Below, one piece after another: positions 51,290-63,400 of a stretch of DNA of 64,000 bases (the stretch's first letter is position 1; each line of letters begins with the position of its first letter). The stretch is from Octopus vulgaris (taxonomy: Eukaryota). The DNA lies in NCBI GenBank assembly GCA_951406725.2, contig OX597821.1, positions 60,264,001-60,328,000 of the forward strand. The letters run 5' to 3'. The notes beneath the pieces were generated by a model. The model ran no database searches, had not been told where the DNA came from, and saw nothing but the letters and a program-made list of their open reading frames with translations. Both the position numbers and the translations under genes were made by a program.

Positions 51290-52045
51290 GGCGTGGCTGT
51301 GTGGTAAGAAGTTTGCTTCCCAACCACATGGTTTGGGGTTCAGTTCCACAGCATGGCACCTTATACATGTCTTTTATTATAGCCTCGGGTTGACCAAAGG
51401 CTGGTGAGTGGATTTGGTAGACGGAAACTGAAAGAAGCCCATCGTAAATATATGTGTGTCTTCGGTCCCCATTTCTGCTTGACAGCCTGTGTTGGTGTAT
51501 TTACATCCTCATAACTTATTGGTTTGGCATAAGAGACCAACAGAACAAGTACTAGGCTGGGGGGTCGATTCGTTGACTAAAGTTCTAGAAGGTGGAGCCC
51601 CAGTATGGCCACAGTTTAATGATTGAAACTAATAAAAGATAGAAGCCGATGATTATTGTTTTACTTATAAATAGGCACAAGTGTGGCTGTGTGGTTAAGA
51701 AGCTGGTTTCTCAGCCATGTGATCTTGGGTTCAGTCCCTCTGCACAACACCTTGGCCAAGTAATGTCTACTATAGCCCTAGGCAGACCAAAGGCTTGTGA
51801 GCAGATCTGGTAAGTGGAAACTGAAAGAAGCCAATTGTATTATCATTGTCATGGTTGTAAACAACCACCGTTATCATAGAAATGAAGTTGTTCGTTTCTC
51901 ATTTTCTGTGAACAATATGTATGGTTATGGAGATATTACCTTGCTTGGAAACAGGTGACAGTTGGCAATGAGAAGAGCATCTGGCCATAGAAAACCTACC
52001 ACAATGAATTCCATCTGACCCGTAGAAGTATGGGAAGCTGGATGT
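51290..52045 (+). mobile_element. Two SINE A-headed elements (51290-51642 standard; 51673-52045 with an alternative RTE-like tail)
   Basis: Shared head; the second ends 'ccttgcttggaaacaggtga..gcatctggccatagaaa..ggatgttaaa', like 58555-58935 (-) and 26300-26520. Confidence 0.75.
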
Positions 52046-52099
52046 TAAATGCTACTACAGATGAGGTGGAAAAAAAATAAGGCCAGTTAAAAATAATAA

Positions 52100-53300
52100 T
52101 CCTTTCTACTATAGGCACAAGGCCAGGATTCTGTGGGGAGGGGGATTGTCGATTACATCGACCACGATGTTTCACTGGTACTTAATTTATTGACCCTGAA
52201 AGGATGAAAGGCAAAGTCGAGCTCGGTGGAATTTGAAATACTGCTAAGCATTTTGTCCGGCATGCTAATAATAACAATAATAAAATTATTGTGTATAGTG
52301 CTCAAGTTGTTACTATTGATTTGAAACAGAAACCCAAGACATATTTTAGAGGAGGACAAAGGTGGACATCTCAGTACTTGTTTGGTACTTATCAGCCCCA
52401 GAAAAATGAAAAGAAAAGTAACACTGGTGACATTTGAACTTGGAATGTATGTGCAGAAGTGGCTGTGCAGTAAGAAGCTTGCTTCCGAACCACATGGTGC
52501 TGGTTCCAGTTCCACTCCAAAGCACCTTGGGCAAGTGTCTTCAACTGTAGCCTCAGGTTGACCAAAGCCTTGTGACTGGATTTGATAGATGAAAACTGAA
52601 AAAAAAATCCTATTTTATTCATCAATCATCATCATCATTGTTTAACGTCCGCTTTCCATGCTAGCATAGGTTGGACGATTTGACTGAGGACTGGCGAACC
52701 AGATGGCTGCACCAGGCTCCAATCTGATCTGGCAGAGTTTCTACAGCTGGATGACCTTCCTAATACCAACCACCCCAAGAGTGTATTTGGGTGCTTTTAC
52801 GTGCCACCGGCACGAGGGCCAGACAGGCGGTACTGGCAATGGCCACACTAAAATGGTAGGCACAAGGCCCGAAATTTTTGGGGAGCAGACCAGTCAATTA
52901 GATCAACCCCAGTACACAACCGGTACTTAATTTATCAACTGCGAAAGCATGAAAGGCAAAGTTGACCTCAGCGGAATTTGAACTTAGAATGTAAAGAACC
53001 GCTAAGCATTTTGCCCGGCATGCTAACGTTTCTGCCGCTCGCTGTCTTACATTATATAAATAATGTGTGTATGTCTGTGTGTCTGTCCACCACCACCACC
53101 ACCACTTGACAAGTGGTGTTTGTACATGTACATCCCTATAACTTAACGGTTTGGCAAAAGATATCAATAGAATAAGCACCAGGCTTTAAAAAAAATAAAA
53201 GGGATAAGTAGTGGGGTTGATTCATGTGACTAAAATTTCTCAAAAGCGATGCCCCAGCATGGCCATAGTCTCATGACTGAAATGAGACAAAAGATAAAAG
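52100..53300. mobile_element. Nested cluster of SINE B (-), SINE A (+) and RTE tail (-) fragments
   Basis: SINE B at 52100-52265 and 52855-53045; SINE A head at 52450-52600 and tail at 53060-53300; RTE tail at 52625-52850. Confidence 0.75.
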
Positions 53301-53349
53301 CTGTAACTAAACGCTTCAAGGTGTTTTGTCTGATGCTCCGTTGATATTC

Positions 53350-53759
53350 TTTTCTACTCTAGGCACAAGGCCTGAAATTTTGGAGGGTGGGGGCTCAGTT
53401 GATTAGACTGACACCAGTATGCAACTGGTACTTAAGTTATTGACCCCAAATGGATGAAAGGTAAAATCGAACTCAGCAGAATTTGAACTCAGAACGTAAA
53501 GACAGACGAAATACTGCTACACATTTTGTCCGGCGTGCTAATGTTTCTACCAGCTCACCGCCTTGAAAATATTTTCTACTCCAGGCATAAGGCCTGAAAT
53601 TTTGGGGGAGTAGGCCAGTCAATTAGATCAACTCCAGTATGGAACTGGTACTTAATTTATTGATTCTGGCAGAATTTGAACTCAGAACGTAAAAGACAGA
53701 GGAAAATACCACTAAGTGTTTTGCCTGGCGTGCTAACATTTCTGCCAGCTCGCTGCCTT
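53350..53759 (-). mobile_element. Head-to-tail SINE B dimer flanked by one shared 18-bp TSD
   Basis: Monomers at 53350-53564 and 53572-53759; TGATGCTCCGTTGATATT (53331-53348) and TGATACTCTGTTGATATT (53760-53777). Confidence 0.8.
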
Positions 53760-54011
53760 TGATACTCTGTTGATATTGCTCGTCTGGTATAAAATACGAG
53801 GATTGAAGAATCTAGTTGGGTTCTCCATGTGGAAACAAATATATTTTAGGAGGAAAAACAAACAATGAAAAAGATTGAGAGAAAAGACGAGGTTTCAATA
53901 TTTGGGTGAAAAATTTTCTTTTATTATTATAACCAAAAGTCTCAACCACCAATAAGGTGAAAAATATAGAAAAAGGCAATTAAAATAGATATTTGACTAG
54001 ATACATCTTAC

Positions 54012-54075
54012 CATGGTCAATTTGGCTTAAGCTTCCAGTCGACATATCTTTGGCTGTGGAGATGTACTCAGACAT
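54012..54075 (-). CDS. Candidate first coding exon of an unidentified host gene (MSEYISTAKDMSTGSLSQIDH, phase-1 end)
   Basis: Minus strand: weak acceptor ..gttaccag at 54115, ATG at 54075, open to a strong donor ATG|gtaaga at 54012/54011. Lies in a repeat-free block. No homology recognised. Confidence 0.25.
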
Positions 54076-56589
54076 AACACTGATGTTATATCCAGGATAC
54101 TACAATAGTTTGACCTGGTAACAGCATTTTATCTTTTCAAAGTTTTCAAAGAATAATACTTTGTACTCTTCTCACATTTATCATGATTAACAACAATAGT
54201 GTTCTGTCAGTGACACAAGTCAAAAATACTAATTCCTTCAATCAGGATTTTCCAATAAGGCCAGATGTAGATTTCTGTTCAGCTACCATTGGCCTTTTCT
54301 TTTTATTATTATTTTTTCTTCAATCAACTTAGAAAATATACAGATAGAAATCAAGGAAAATATAAAGCGAGAAAGGAAATTTCGGAAGAAAAAATTTAGC
54401 TCACCAGATACAAGAAAATATACTATTAGCTTTTATGTATAATTAATATGGACTCTATTTTTTTTTATTTTTCATTTTGGGAAAATGAAAATTGCATTGT
54501 TAACAGCTGCCATAAGTGAATAAGGATGCTTTTATTTTTTAAATCCAAATCTAATTTTTTCATTCAAACTAATTTAGGGTTTTATCCAAACTTTAAAAAA
54601 GAATCACAGAGGTTTTGAGGCAAGTGTTGCTTTCAGTAACACAAGAAAATATATTGATAACATTAAAAAAAAAAAAGCTTTTCTAACTGAAGGCTAAAAA
54701 TACAATATATATATATATATATTGGAATATATAACAACACAAAGCATCTACAACAAATTACTTAGAGAAAACTTTTGTCACATAGAGGAGAAGATTTTGA
54801 TCTATAGTGTTCAGAAGATAGATTCATCTTGGCTAATCTGAATGTAGAGTCCTGAATCCATCTTATTAAGATAGTTCACTGGTGGTATGGAAATTTATTC
54901 TGGTGAGAGCAGCTTGTGCTTTATGGTGATACAAGTTACCCTGAATGACATTTTTCTTCATGTATGTATGTATATTTAGAAATTGATATGGAATTGGTGA
55001 CTGAAAATGAGTACACATAAACAAGTAACTGATTGAAAGTATATTAATTTTTAGAGTACCTCTTGAAAGCACTTTCTTGAAGTAGAATATTTAAAAATCT
55101 TGGAAGTACCTCAACAAACTGGAATTGGTAAATTGTTTAATTACCCAGGGAATAATTATGAAACAAACTGATCTTTTACAATGGAAAACAAGAGAAGACA
55201 AAGAAAAAAAAAATAATAATAACAATAATAATTTCAACATTTTGGTCAACGATTCTAGATATATATTTTTTTTGTTAAATTGTTAACAAATTGTTAGTTT
55301 GATATCAGACTCTCTGCCTTTATTATTAATATAAATCTGAAGACGGCAGAAAATGGGGTGGGTGTGTTCTGCTGCTTCCATTTTCAACAGGTGGTTGTAG
55401 GGGTGTGGGAAGGAAGAAGGGGGGTGTTTGACAAGGAAAGAAGACAAAGTAATATGTGTAAAGGTATAAATGGAGAGTTAAAAACTGATCACAGATTTCA
55501 TTTCCATCTAGACATTAACAGCACTTCGGCTGCTCTCCTTTTTGGCGGTGTAGAATGGAAGAGTGTATGCAGCAATAGCAGTTATTCATTTATTTATTTT
55601 AGGCACGTCAATGTGCTCTGGCTTGGAAGGAATATGATTTGACAACTTTCACTACTATGATCGGAGATGAATTTAAAAATAGGAAACAATAAAAATAAAA
55701 AATAAAGTCAGTTTGGAAGTTGGCAGTAATAAATTTTGTGAGACAAATCATTCAGCTTATAATCATACTGTAATATATTAAATTTCATTCGCCTTATTTT
55801 TTTTCTTCTTCAAAATTCCTTCATAACGGAATTTCAAGTTCAATAGGAAATTATAGTTAATAATGATGATAATAATAAAAATAAGCGAATATTTTCAACC
55901 CACCAATTGTAACTTACAAAACTTTTGAAGGAGGGGGGAAAAATATTAAAAAAATAAAATTAAACTTATACATATATATACATATAAGTGTTAAACATGC
56001 ACAGACAAACAGACACGCAAATGCGTCTCTTAACATAGATTTACATTTATCATACAAAATTAATGTATCTTTGCATGAGTGATTGTGCAGCCTGGGAATG
56101 TGTCCCTTGGTTTCTATGGCTTAGAAACTTCCATATTATAAGTTCAAACATATGTCAGTCTCTCTCTCAGAAAAAAAAAAAAAAAAAGCATTTATAGTTA
56201 GTCAATATTTTGGAGCTAACAGACTGCTTAGCAGAATTTTCTCCTTTACTCTTTCTTTCCTTTCATTGTATGTTGAAAACAAAGTTCAAGCAAGAAAATT
56301 TCAGTTTTCATCCTTTAGTAAGATCTTAATGATTTGATTGATATGTACTGATTGGAAAATGCTAACAGGAGAAAATAATTGAAAGTGAAATGTTTGTATG
56401 TAAATGTATGCAACACAGACACACACTTACATATATATATATAAGCAAATATTTTGCAAAAAATATCAAGTTGTTGTAATCTCGTTTCACATTCTTCTAG
56501 AGAGATCATCTTAGGGTATTCAAATTTTGATAAATTTCTAAGGTTGCAACAAACGGCAACCATATGAAGGGTGATAACTCATCCATTTT

Positions 56590-57060
56590 CTTCCTGTCAC
56601 AGCTCTGGGGCTGATTTCTGTCTGTCGAACCTACTAAAGAAGTAGGAAATGATAAACGGGAGGTTTTTTCCCCCTAGAAGCGGATAATTGGACTTTACCC
56701 AAATTGCTTCTGTTGGAACCTCCACCAACATTAAAACCACCGTCAGTTGGTAGTTTTTTTTCGTATCAATTTTTTCTTCACATTTTCTTTCTGCTATTTT
56801 TTCTTCACTTTGGACACAATTTACAATTACTCTTAATTTCCACCACAGATCACGATTTTTTTTCACCTCACAGAAAACCCATACATGCATATAATATGTA
56901 TATATATATATATATAATGGATCAATGTGGGTGCATTCTTAAAAATAAAATAAAATAAGAGAAAAATTGATTTAAAGAGTTAATTTCATTGAATACTTTC
57001 AATTTTCGCGGCGAGCTTTCTTTTTATTCTTTGGTTTAGCTTCGGTCCAGTTATCTATGG
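56590..57060. promoter_or_regulatory. CpG-retaining patch at the end of a 3.5-kb repeat-free block, possible promoter
   Basis: Local CpG retention; TTTTCGCGG (E2F-like) at about 57003; upstream of the candidate minus-strand exon. Confidence 0.3.
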
Positions 57061-58125
57061 AATAAAATAAGAAGATGATTAATAGGAGAAAATAAAATAA
57101 ATGAAATTGCAAAATAATCAGAGTTTAATAAAACAAAGCATTGTATTTTTGCACAGCAGCTGGAATGAAGAATTCAGTAAGCAGAGCAAAATTTATTTCA
57201 AGTCCTTTACTGTAATTATAGACAAGAATCTGAACCAGCATCCTGATACCAGCTTAATAAAATTCATCCACTCATCATTATTGTGCTAACGTTCTCTTTT
57301 CCATGCTTGCATTGGGTTGGAATGAGTTAGTGAGGCAGATTTTCTACATCTAGATGCCCTTCAACCCTCACCTGTTTCCTCGGGCATGTGTTAGCCCCAG
57401 GCTAACCATTGCTTTGTGAGTGAATTTGGGATATGGAAACTGTGCGGAATCCCATTATGTGAATACATGTATATGTATGAGTCTTTGTATTCGTCCCCCA
57501 ACATTAGTTGACAACTGGTGTTGGTTTGTTAATGTCCTTGTAACTTTGCAGTTCAGTAAAAGAGACTGATAGAATAAGTACCAGGCTTAAGAAATAAGCA
57601 AAAGATAAAAGATGTCACAACTGGAAACTTGATCATCAATTTGAAACCCACAATAGGAATATCAGATGAAGAAAAACATACTTAAAGTGAATGTCACACA
57701 TGGAAATTAAAAAAAGGTCTCAAAACAGAATCTCGGGATACACTTATGAGATCAAAAACATCAGATATACATGTACCATTTATCTTTATAGTTGAACAGT
57801 TCACGTTATCCAATAGTAAACAGGTTTCCTAACAATTTTTAGCCAAACTTTTAGCCTCATCCGACCTACACTGACATAGTAAAACAGACGTGAAATGATA
57901 TTAAAATGACTTCAAAAATAAGAACATTAATACCCAGGCTTTAGAAATAAAGGTTCCCGGTTCAAGTTATGTCCCTTACCGTGCATGTCGTCATTGTTCA
58001 ATGTCCATGTAGCATGCTTGCATGGGTTCTTAGGAAGTATATCGCTAATCTGTCTCACTACAAGTTCGATGGTTTAACAAGATCCAACAAGCCTGAGGAC
58101 TGTGTCTGCTTTGGCAAGGTTTTTT

Positions 58126-58329
58126 ACAGCTGGATGCTCTTCTTATCACCAACCCCTCAACAGCTGGATGTCCTTCCTATCACCAACCGCTTTACAACTG
58201 GATATCCTTCCTATCGCCAACCCCGTTACAGCTGGATGCCCTTCCTATCGCCAACCCCGTTACAGCTGGATACCCTTCCTATCGCCAACCCCTCAACAGC
58301 TGGATGCCCTTCATATTGCCAACCCCATT
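58126..58329. repeat. Minisatellite, 6 x 34 bp, amplified from an RTE 3' UTR
   Basis: Unit ACAGCTGGATGCCCTTCCTATCGCCAACCCCGTT starting at 58126, 58160, 58194, 58228, 58262 and 58296. Confidence 0.92.
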
Positions 58330-60042
58330 ACAGTGTACACTGGGTATTTTTCATTTGTTTTTTTTTTTATGGAACCAGCACATGTGAAATAAAACACCTG
58401 ACAAAGGCTGGAGATCAAACCAATGGAAACTATTTGGATGTAAATACTGTAAAGGATATTTTAAGATGCGGTTAATAAGGAGAAAAATCATAATCTTATT
58501 ACCTTATTTTGATTAAGTCTAACATTATAATCTAACTTATCATTCTCCTCTTCACCATTGTTATAACATCCATTTTTCCATACTTCTGTGGATCAACAGA
58601 TTTTGTACTGTTGGATACCTTTTCTGTCACCAACCCTTACCAGTTCCCAAGCAAGGTAATATTGCCTTATGGCCAGACAAGATTTTGTGGAATACTGAAA
58701 ATGAACACTGCTTGAATGACAGTGATACTCATTTACAATTATCACATGATGGTAATTGTAAAGGAGACACAAACATATACACACACACACATATGTATAT
58801 ACATACATATATCCACTCACAAGGCTCTTGGGCCACACAGTGGAACTGTGTGACCGAAGGTACTACACAGTGGGACTGAACCGGAAATCAGGTGGTTGAG
58901 AAGCAAACTTCTGAATCACACAGCCATAACTGCACCTATTTAAAATATTCACATTAGCAGAGTGTAGTTAACCTTAAAAAGTAAATTATTATCATCAGTA
59001 TATAACAAGTATGTCAATGCTTATCACCTAGGTTAAATAAATTTGCTAAGATAAAACATAATCCATATATATATACACTAAACAGTTATGACATCTATAC
59101 TAGTAGAAGAAAAGAATGCTTCGATATCAGTAAATGGTAGTTGAAATAGTCTACGTTCACCAGAAAAGTGCTTTAATTTTCAGTAACATGTAAGCTGGGG
59201 GAATAACATTTTCTCTACTGACAGCTAAATGTATCTCGAACAAAACATGGTGTGTGTGTGTGATCTTGCGATTGGTGTGTTGAGATTGAAGTGTTTTTTG
59301 CTCCAGATATAACAGCTTAAATCTCTTTCATACTGAACAGAGAGCTTTCCAAAGAAAATTGCTGCTGATGGATAATCCAGCAGTTACAGCTGATTATGTA
59401 CAAGTGAAGACATTTTTGGAAAATGTGTAGAACAAATTTCACAGTAATGTTTTACTCAATGACTTAAACCTCAGCATATCTGGCTTTAAACAGGTAGAAA
59501 AGCAAATAGATTCCTCACACACTAGACATTAGGAAGGGAACCCAGTTGTAGAAACCATGCCAAAGCAGAGTTTGGAGTCTCCTGTTAAACCATCCAACCA
59601 ATCAACACCAGCATGGAGAACAGATATTAAAAGGTGGTGATGATTAAAAGGTGTTCAAGGTTATACATCTTTAAGGGAAGGGTTTATATTGAATAAGTCA
59701 ACTCCCTAATCCTTTTATTTGCTTCAGTAATTCGACTGTGGCCATGCTGGAGCACAGCCTTTAGTTGAACAAATTGACCCCAGGACTTATTCTTTGTAAG
59801 CCTAGTTCTTATTCAATCGGTCTCTTTTTACTGAACTGCTAAGTTACAGGGACGTAAACACACCAACATTAGTTGTCAAGCGATGTTGGGGGAGACAAAC
59901 ACAGACATATACATACATACAATATATACATACATACATACATATATATATATATATGAGAAGAAAATGGATATAATAACAATGGGACTCTCGTAGTTTT
60001 CACTGGTATGCCTTTAATTTAACTAGATAATGAAGAAGGTAG

Positions 60043-60090
60043 CATTTACAATCATTTCAATTTACTGGTTTAAGTAAATCTCTTCAGAAT
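60043..60090 (-). ncRNA. Hammerhead ribozyme motif, left arm (core intact, stem III decayed)
   Basis: Minus strand: ATT-CTGAAGA-GATTTAC-TTAAACCA-GTAAATT-GAAA-TGATTG-TA-AATG. Confidence 0.65.
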
Positions 60091-60137
60091 TCGAATATAG
60101 ATAGATGCATCCTAACTGATGCATCTATTTATATTCA

Positions 60138-60186
60138 CATTCTAAAGAGATGCACTTAAACCAGTAAATTGAAACGATCGTAAATG
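60138..60186 (+). ncRNA. Hammerhead ribozyme motif, right arm (G5A core mutation, palindromic stem III intact)
   Basis: Plus strand: CATT-CTAAAGA-GATGCAC-TTAAACCA-GTAAATT-GAAA-CGATCG-TA-AATG. Confidence 0.6.
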
Positions 60187-60435
60187 CTACCTTCATCTCT
60201 GCTTCTTCCTTCTTTGTTATCTAATTAAATTAAAGGCATACCAGCGAAAACCACGAGTTTCCCATTGTTATTATATCCATTTTCTTCTCCTATATAACCT
60301 AAACTATGGTTTACTAACCGAACCACCTGCTACCGTACAACCTTACAAAAGGCTGCACCTACTCAGGTAATAACCAGGAGCGACTTTGGATTTAATTATC
60401 CCTTAGAGGTATTAAGCCCCTCTAACTGACACCTA

Positions 60436-60474
<39 letters not shown>

Positions 60475-60854
60475 ATGGGTTTCTTTCAGTTTCCATCTAC
60501 CAGATCCACTCACAAGGCTTTGGTTAGTCTGAGGCTATAGCAGAAGACATTTGCCCAAGGAGTTATGCAGTGGGACTGAACCCAGAATCATGTGGTCGGT
60601 AAGCAAGCTACTTACTACACAGTCACTCCCCGCACCTAATTGCAGAGATTTATTACATTAATCCACCACCTTGAGAGATGAAAAGTAAAGTTTCAACTTG
60701 TGCTGACTTTGGTATGATTTCTATTTAAGAACATAAATGTATTATAAGGCATCTAGTTTGGTATGGTAAAGAATCTGGTGTTCAGCTGCATTAGAAGGAA
60801 ATGAAAATAACCAGACAGGTTTGCATGGAAGGCTGGTACTGTGGTGCTCTACTA

Positions 60855-61105
60855 CACTGGCACTCCGTTGGTTATGACGATGAGGGTTCCAGTTGATCTG
60901 ATCAATGAGCAAGTGCACAGACACATATACCCTTAATGAGCAAGTGGCACAGACACACATACCCTTAATGTAGTTCTCAAGGAGATTCAGCATGACACAG
61001 ACTGTGACATTTATTATAGTCTTTTTGAATTATAGGTATAACTCACTTTTGCTACCTGAGTGAACTGGAGCAATGTGAAATAAAGCATCTTGGTCAAGGA
61101 CACAA
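60855..61105 (-). mobile_element. SINE family D, 3' part
   Basis: Homologous to 34400-34630. Confidence 0.7.
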
Positions 61106-61239
61106 GACTATAATAAATAAAGCAAATGGGTTTCTATTGGTTTGGATGAGGATGCTTGATGAACTGAAGTCCCTACTCATTTTATTTGCATGTAAATGAT
61201 TGCGCATTCCACAGTAACAAGGTCACCACCACCATTTAA

Positions 61240-62281
61240 CCCTTTCGTTACCAAACTGCCCAAACCCGCCCGTATTTACCTATTCATATTTAAATGAGAA
61301 TATCAGAGCAAATCTCTTTAGTACATTCGTGAAAACACGTATTATACTTCGTAAACAGTTCAACTACAGTTTTGTACAACAATCGAAGTGTAATTTTAAT
61401 TCCGTGAATTTTGGGAGATTTTTTTCCGAAATTTGTTCCTATTGTGTTTTCAAAATTTGTAATTCTGACAAAAAATGGATACGAATTTCATTATATCAAG
61501 CAGCGAGTCAGAATTCGAAGGATTTTCTACTGAAGACCTTCATAAATCTAACTCTATGACTGAAAAAAAAAAGCACGTGGTATTTGATAATGAATCTGAT
61601 GTTTCATTTTCCAAAAGTGAAAACAGTGAATCCGAGAGCTCTGACAGCGATAAAGAAAATGAATTGGCACCTGAATGGAGTGAAAATTTAAAAACTGTTT
61701 CTTTCGGTGATTTTTCTGAAGAAACTGGACCAAGCCACAGACTTTCCCAGGAGAGTAAAGCCTTAGATTATTTCTTTTTACTTTTTCGAATGAGCCTATT
61801 TGAAATCATTACGGCGGAAACGAACCGTTACGCTAAATGTAAACAAAGCGAAAGAAAGGATAGTTAGTGGTTTCCCACAACCTTAAATGAAATTAAGACT
61901 ATTTTGCCATAAATATTATTATGGGTATCAGAAAGTTACCCAGAATAACAAATTCTATCGTAAAATTTTGTTGTATACCCAATTGAATATTAGCTAATAA
62001 CCCATTTTCTATAGCAATGTTTGAACAAAATTTTAATAATTTTATATTTTGTTGAATTTGCCTGTATCTACCTGCAATTAGAGTCACTTTGTGACAAAAA
62101 TTATAGTATAGAATTGGTTGAGAATATTTCATTAAATTATCTTCCAAAAATCACATTAATATATTGATAAATAAAAAAGTTATAGTTGTTTAATGAAACT
62201 AGACTAAATTTATGATTATGTTAGAAATTAATTGAAACACATAAGGGGTGTATTTTGGTCAGAAATATAGTAACGAAAGGG
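61240..62281 (+). mobile_element. Internally deleted piggyBac transposon with both TIRs and TTAA TSD
   Basis: TTAA|CCCTTTCGTTAC ... GTAACGAAAGGG|TTAA (12-bp perfect TIR). Confidence 0.93.
61475..61950 (+). pseudogene. N-terminal piggyBac (PGBD-type) transposase remnant
   Basis: Acidic N-terminus (SSSESEFEGF), ALDYFFLLF..IITAETNRYA, stop, WFPTTLNEIK, then IIMGIRKLPRI; catalytic core deleted. Confidence 0.88.
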
Positions 62282-62914
62282 TTAATGTCTGTGGTCTATG
62301 ATGGTATGGGTTGGACAGTTAGACAAAAGCTGGTAAGCCAGAAGTGGACTGTACCAAGTTCCACTGTCTGCTTTGACATGGTTTCTAAGGCTGGGTGCCT
62401 TATCTAATGCCAGCCACTTCACAGAGTGTGGTAGCAGCCCCAGTGAGGTCACCAAGCAATTCACAAGACAAGACTCCTCAACTGAATGGCATTTGTAATG
62501 TAATCCTCATGTAATCCTAATGATAAACAATATTAGTTGTAACATTTGTGTTACTGTCTCCTTAATGAATCACCCGCGGAAAACGGACATTAAACGATGA
62601 TGATGATTAATGTCAATAAAAGCATTTAGACCATTACATGTTCTTGTTTGTCACTTGCAATGGATTTACTTATATACTCATTCAATTTTTATCACATTAG
62701 GTAAACAACAGTGTTATCAGTTACAGGTTTCTATTGGTTTACTCAACGATTCGCCAGAATGACAAGGGTTTGTGTGTACAAGTTTATCGAAGGCACACAC
62801 ACTCACAAGTAAATATCACAGTGAATATTTTTATTTGAAAGTATCAATTTCCCAGTTTTCTTTGAGAAATGAATATACACCTATGTACATACATACACAC
62901 ATATATATATAGCT

Positions 62915-63400
62915 CAATCATCATTTTTAATCCCCATTTTCCCATGTTTGCATGGTTTGACCAGGTCTTCCCAGTAAAGAGTCTTGCTACTTGTCTGGTC
63001 ACTCACCATTTCTTCTGTGAGGTTTATCATCCTAACATCATCTTTCACCACTTCTGTCCATGTCTTCCTTGATCTTCTTTCATAAGCTTCTTCCATTTTG
63101 ATTAGTTAACCTTCTTTTACTGAACTGCCATCCCTTCAGAGCACACTCAGTTCTTTTCTAGTTTTCACACATATTCTAGATGCAATGCCCATGTTTTCAT
63201 TACCATGCAACATCACACACAGGCATCAGAGAAGATCCCTTTGTTGCTAGCAGTTGTATGAGGTCCTTAAGATTTCCTCCCCTTGTTCTTAGTTAGGTTG
63301 CTATGTTTTTGAAATACCCTCCTTAACTGTTAATTAGATCACCTTGTTAATGGAGAAGCTATCCTTCTACATAGCTTTCCAAGCATTTGGAGAAATTTAT
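62915..63400 (-). mobile_element. Degraded RTE LINE 3' coding end
   Basis: RSRKTWTEVVKDDVRMINLTEEMVSD resembles the RTE C-terminus 'GRPRKTW.EVV..D'; (GAT) tail at about 62915. Confidence 0.7.

Larger units (their letters stand above)
59958..60289. repeat. ~330-bp palindrome (Penelope-like inverted terminal duplication)
   Basis: Arms 59958-60111 and 60118-60289 around a 6-nt spacer (GATGCATC-ctaact-GATGCATC); the right arm has about 18 extra nt. Confidence 0.92.
59711..60637 (-). mobile_element. SINE family A split in its central (TA)n by a ~480-bp insert
   Basis: Tail at 59711-59957, head at 60440-60637, insert at 59958-60438. Confidence 0.88.

Noticed and set aside
58126-58329. 34-bp repeat array as a CRISPR array
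   Set aside because: Units are contiguous with no unique spacers, derive from a LINE tail, and the DNA is eukaryotic with no cas genes.
59340-59430. Short frame RAFQRKLLLMDNPAVTADYVQVKTFLENV* as an exon or pogo remnant
   Set aside because: Too short; similarity to pogo 'LLLDNAPGH' is weak, and there are no flanking transposase motifs or TIRs.
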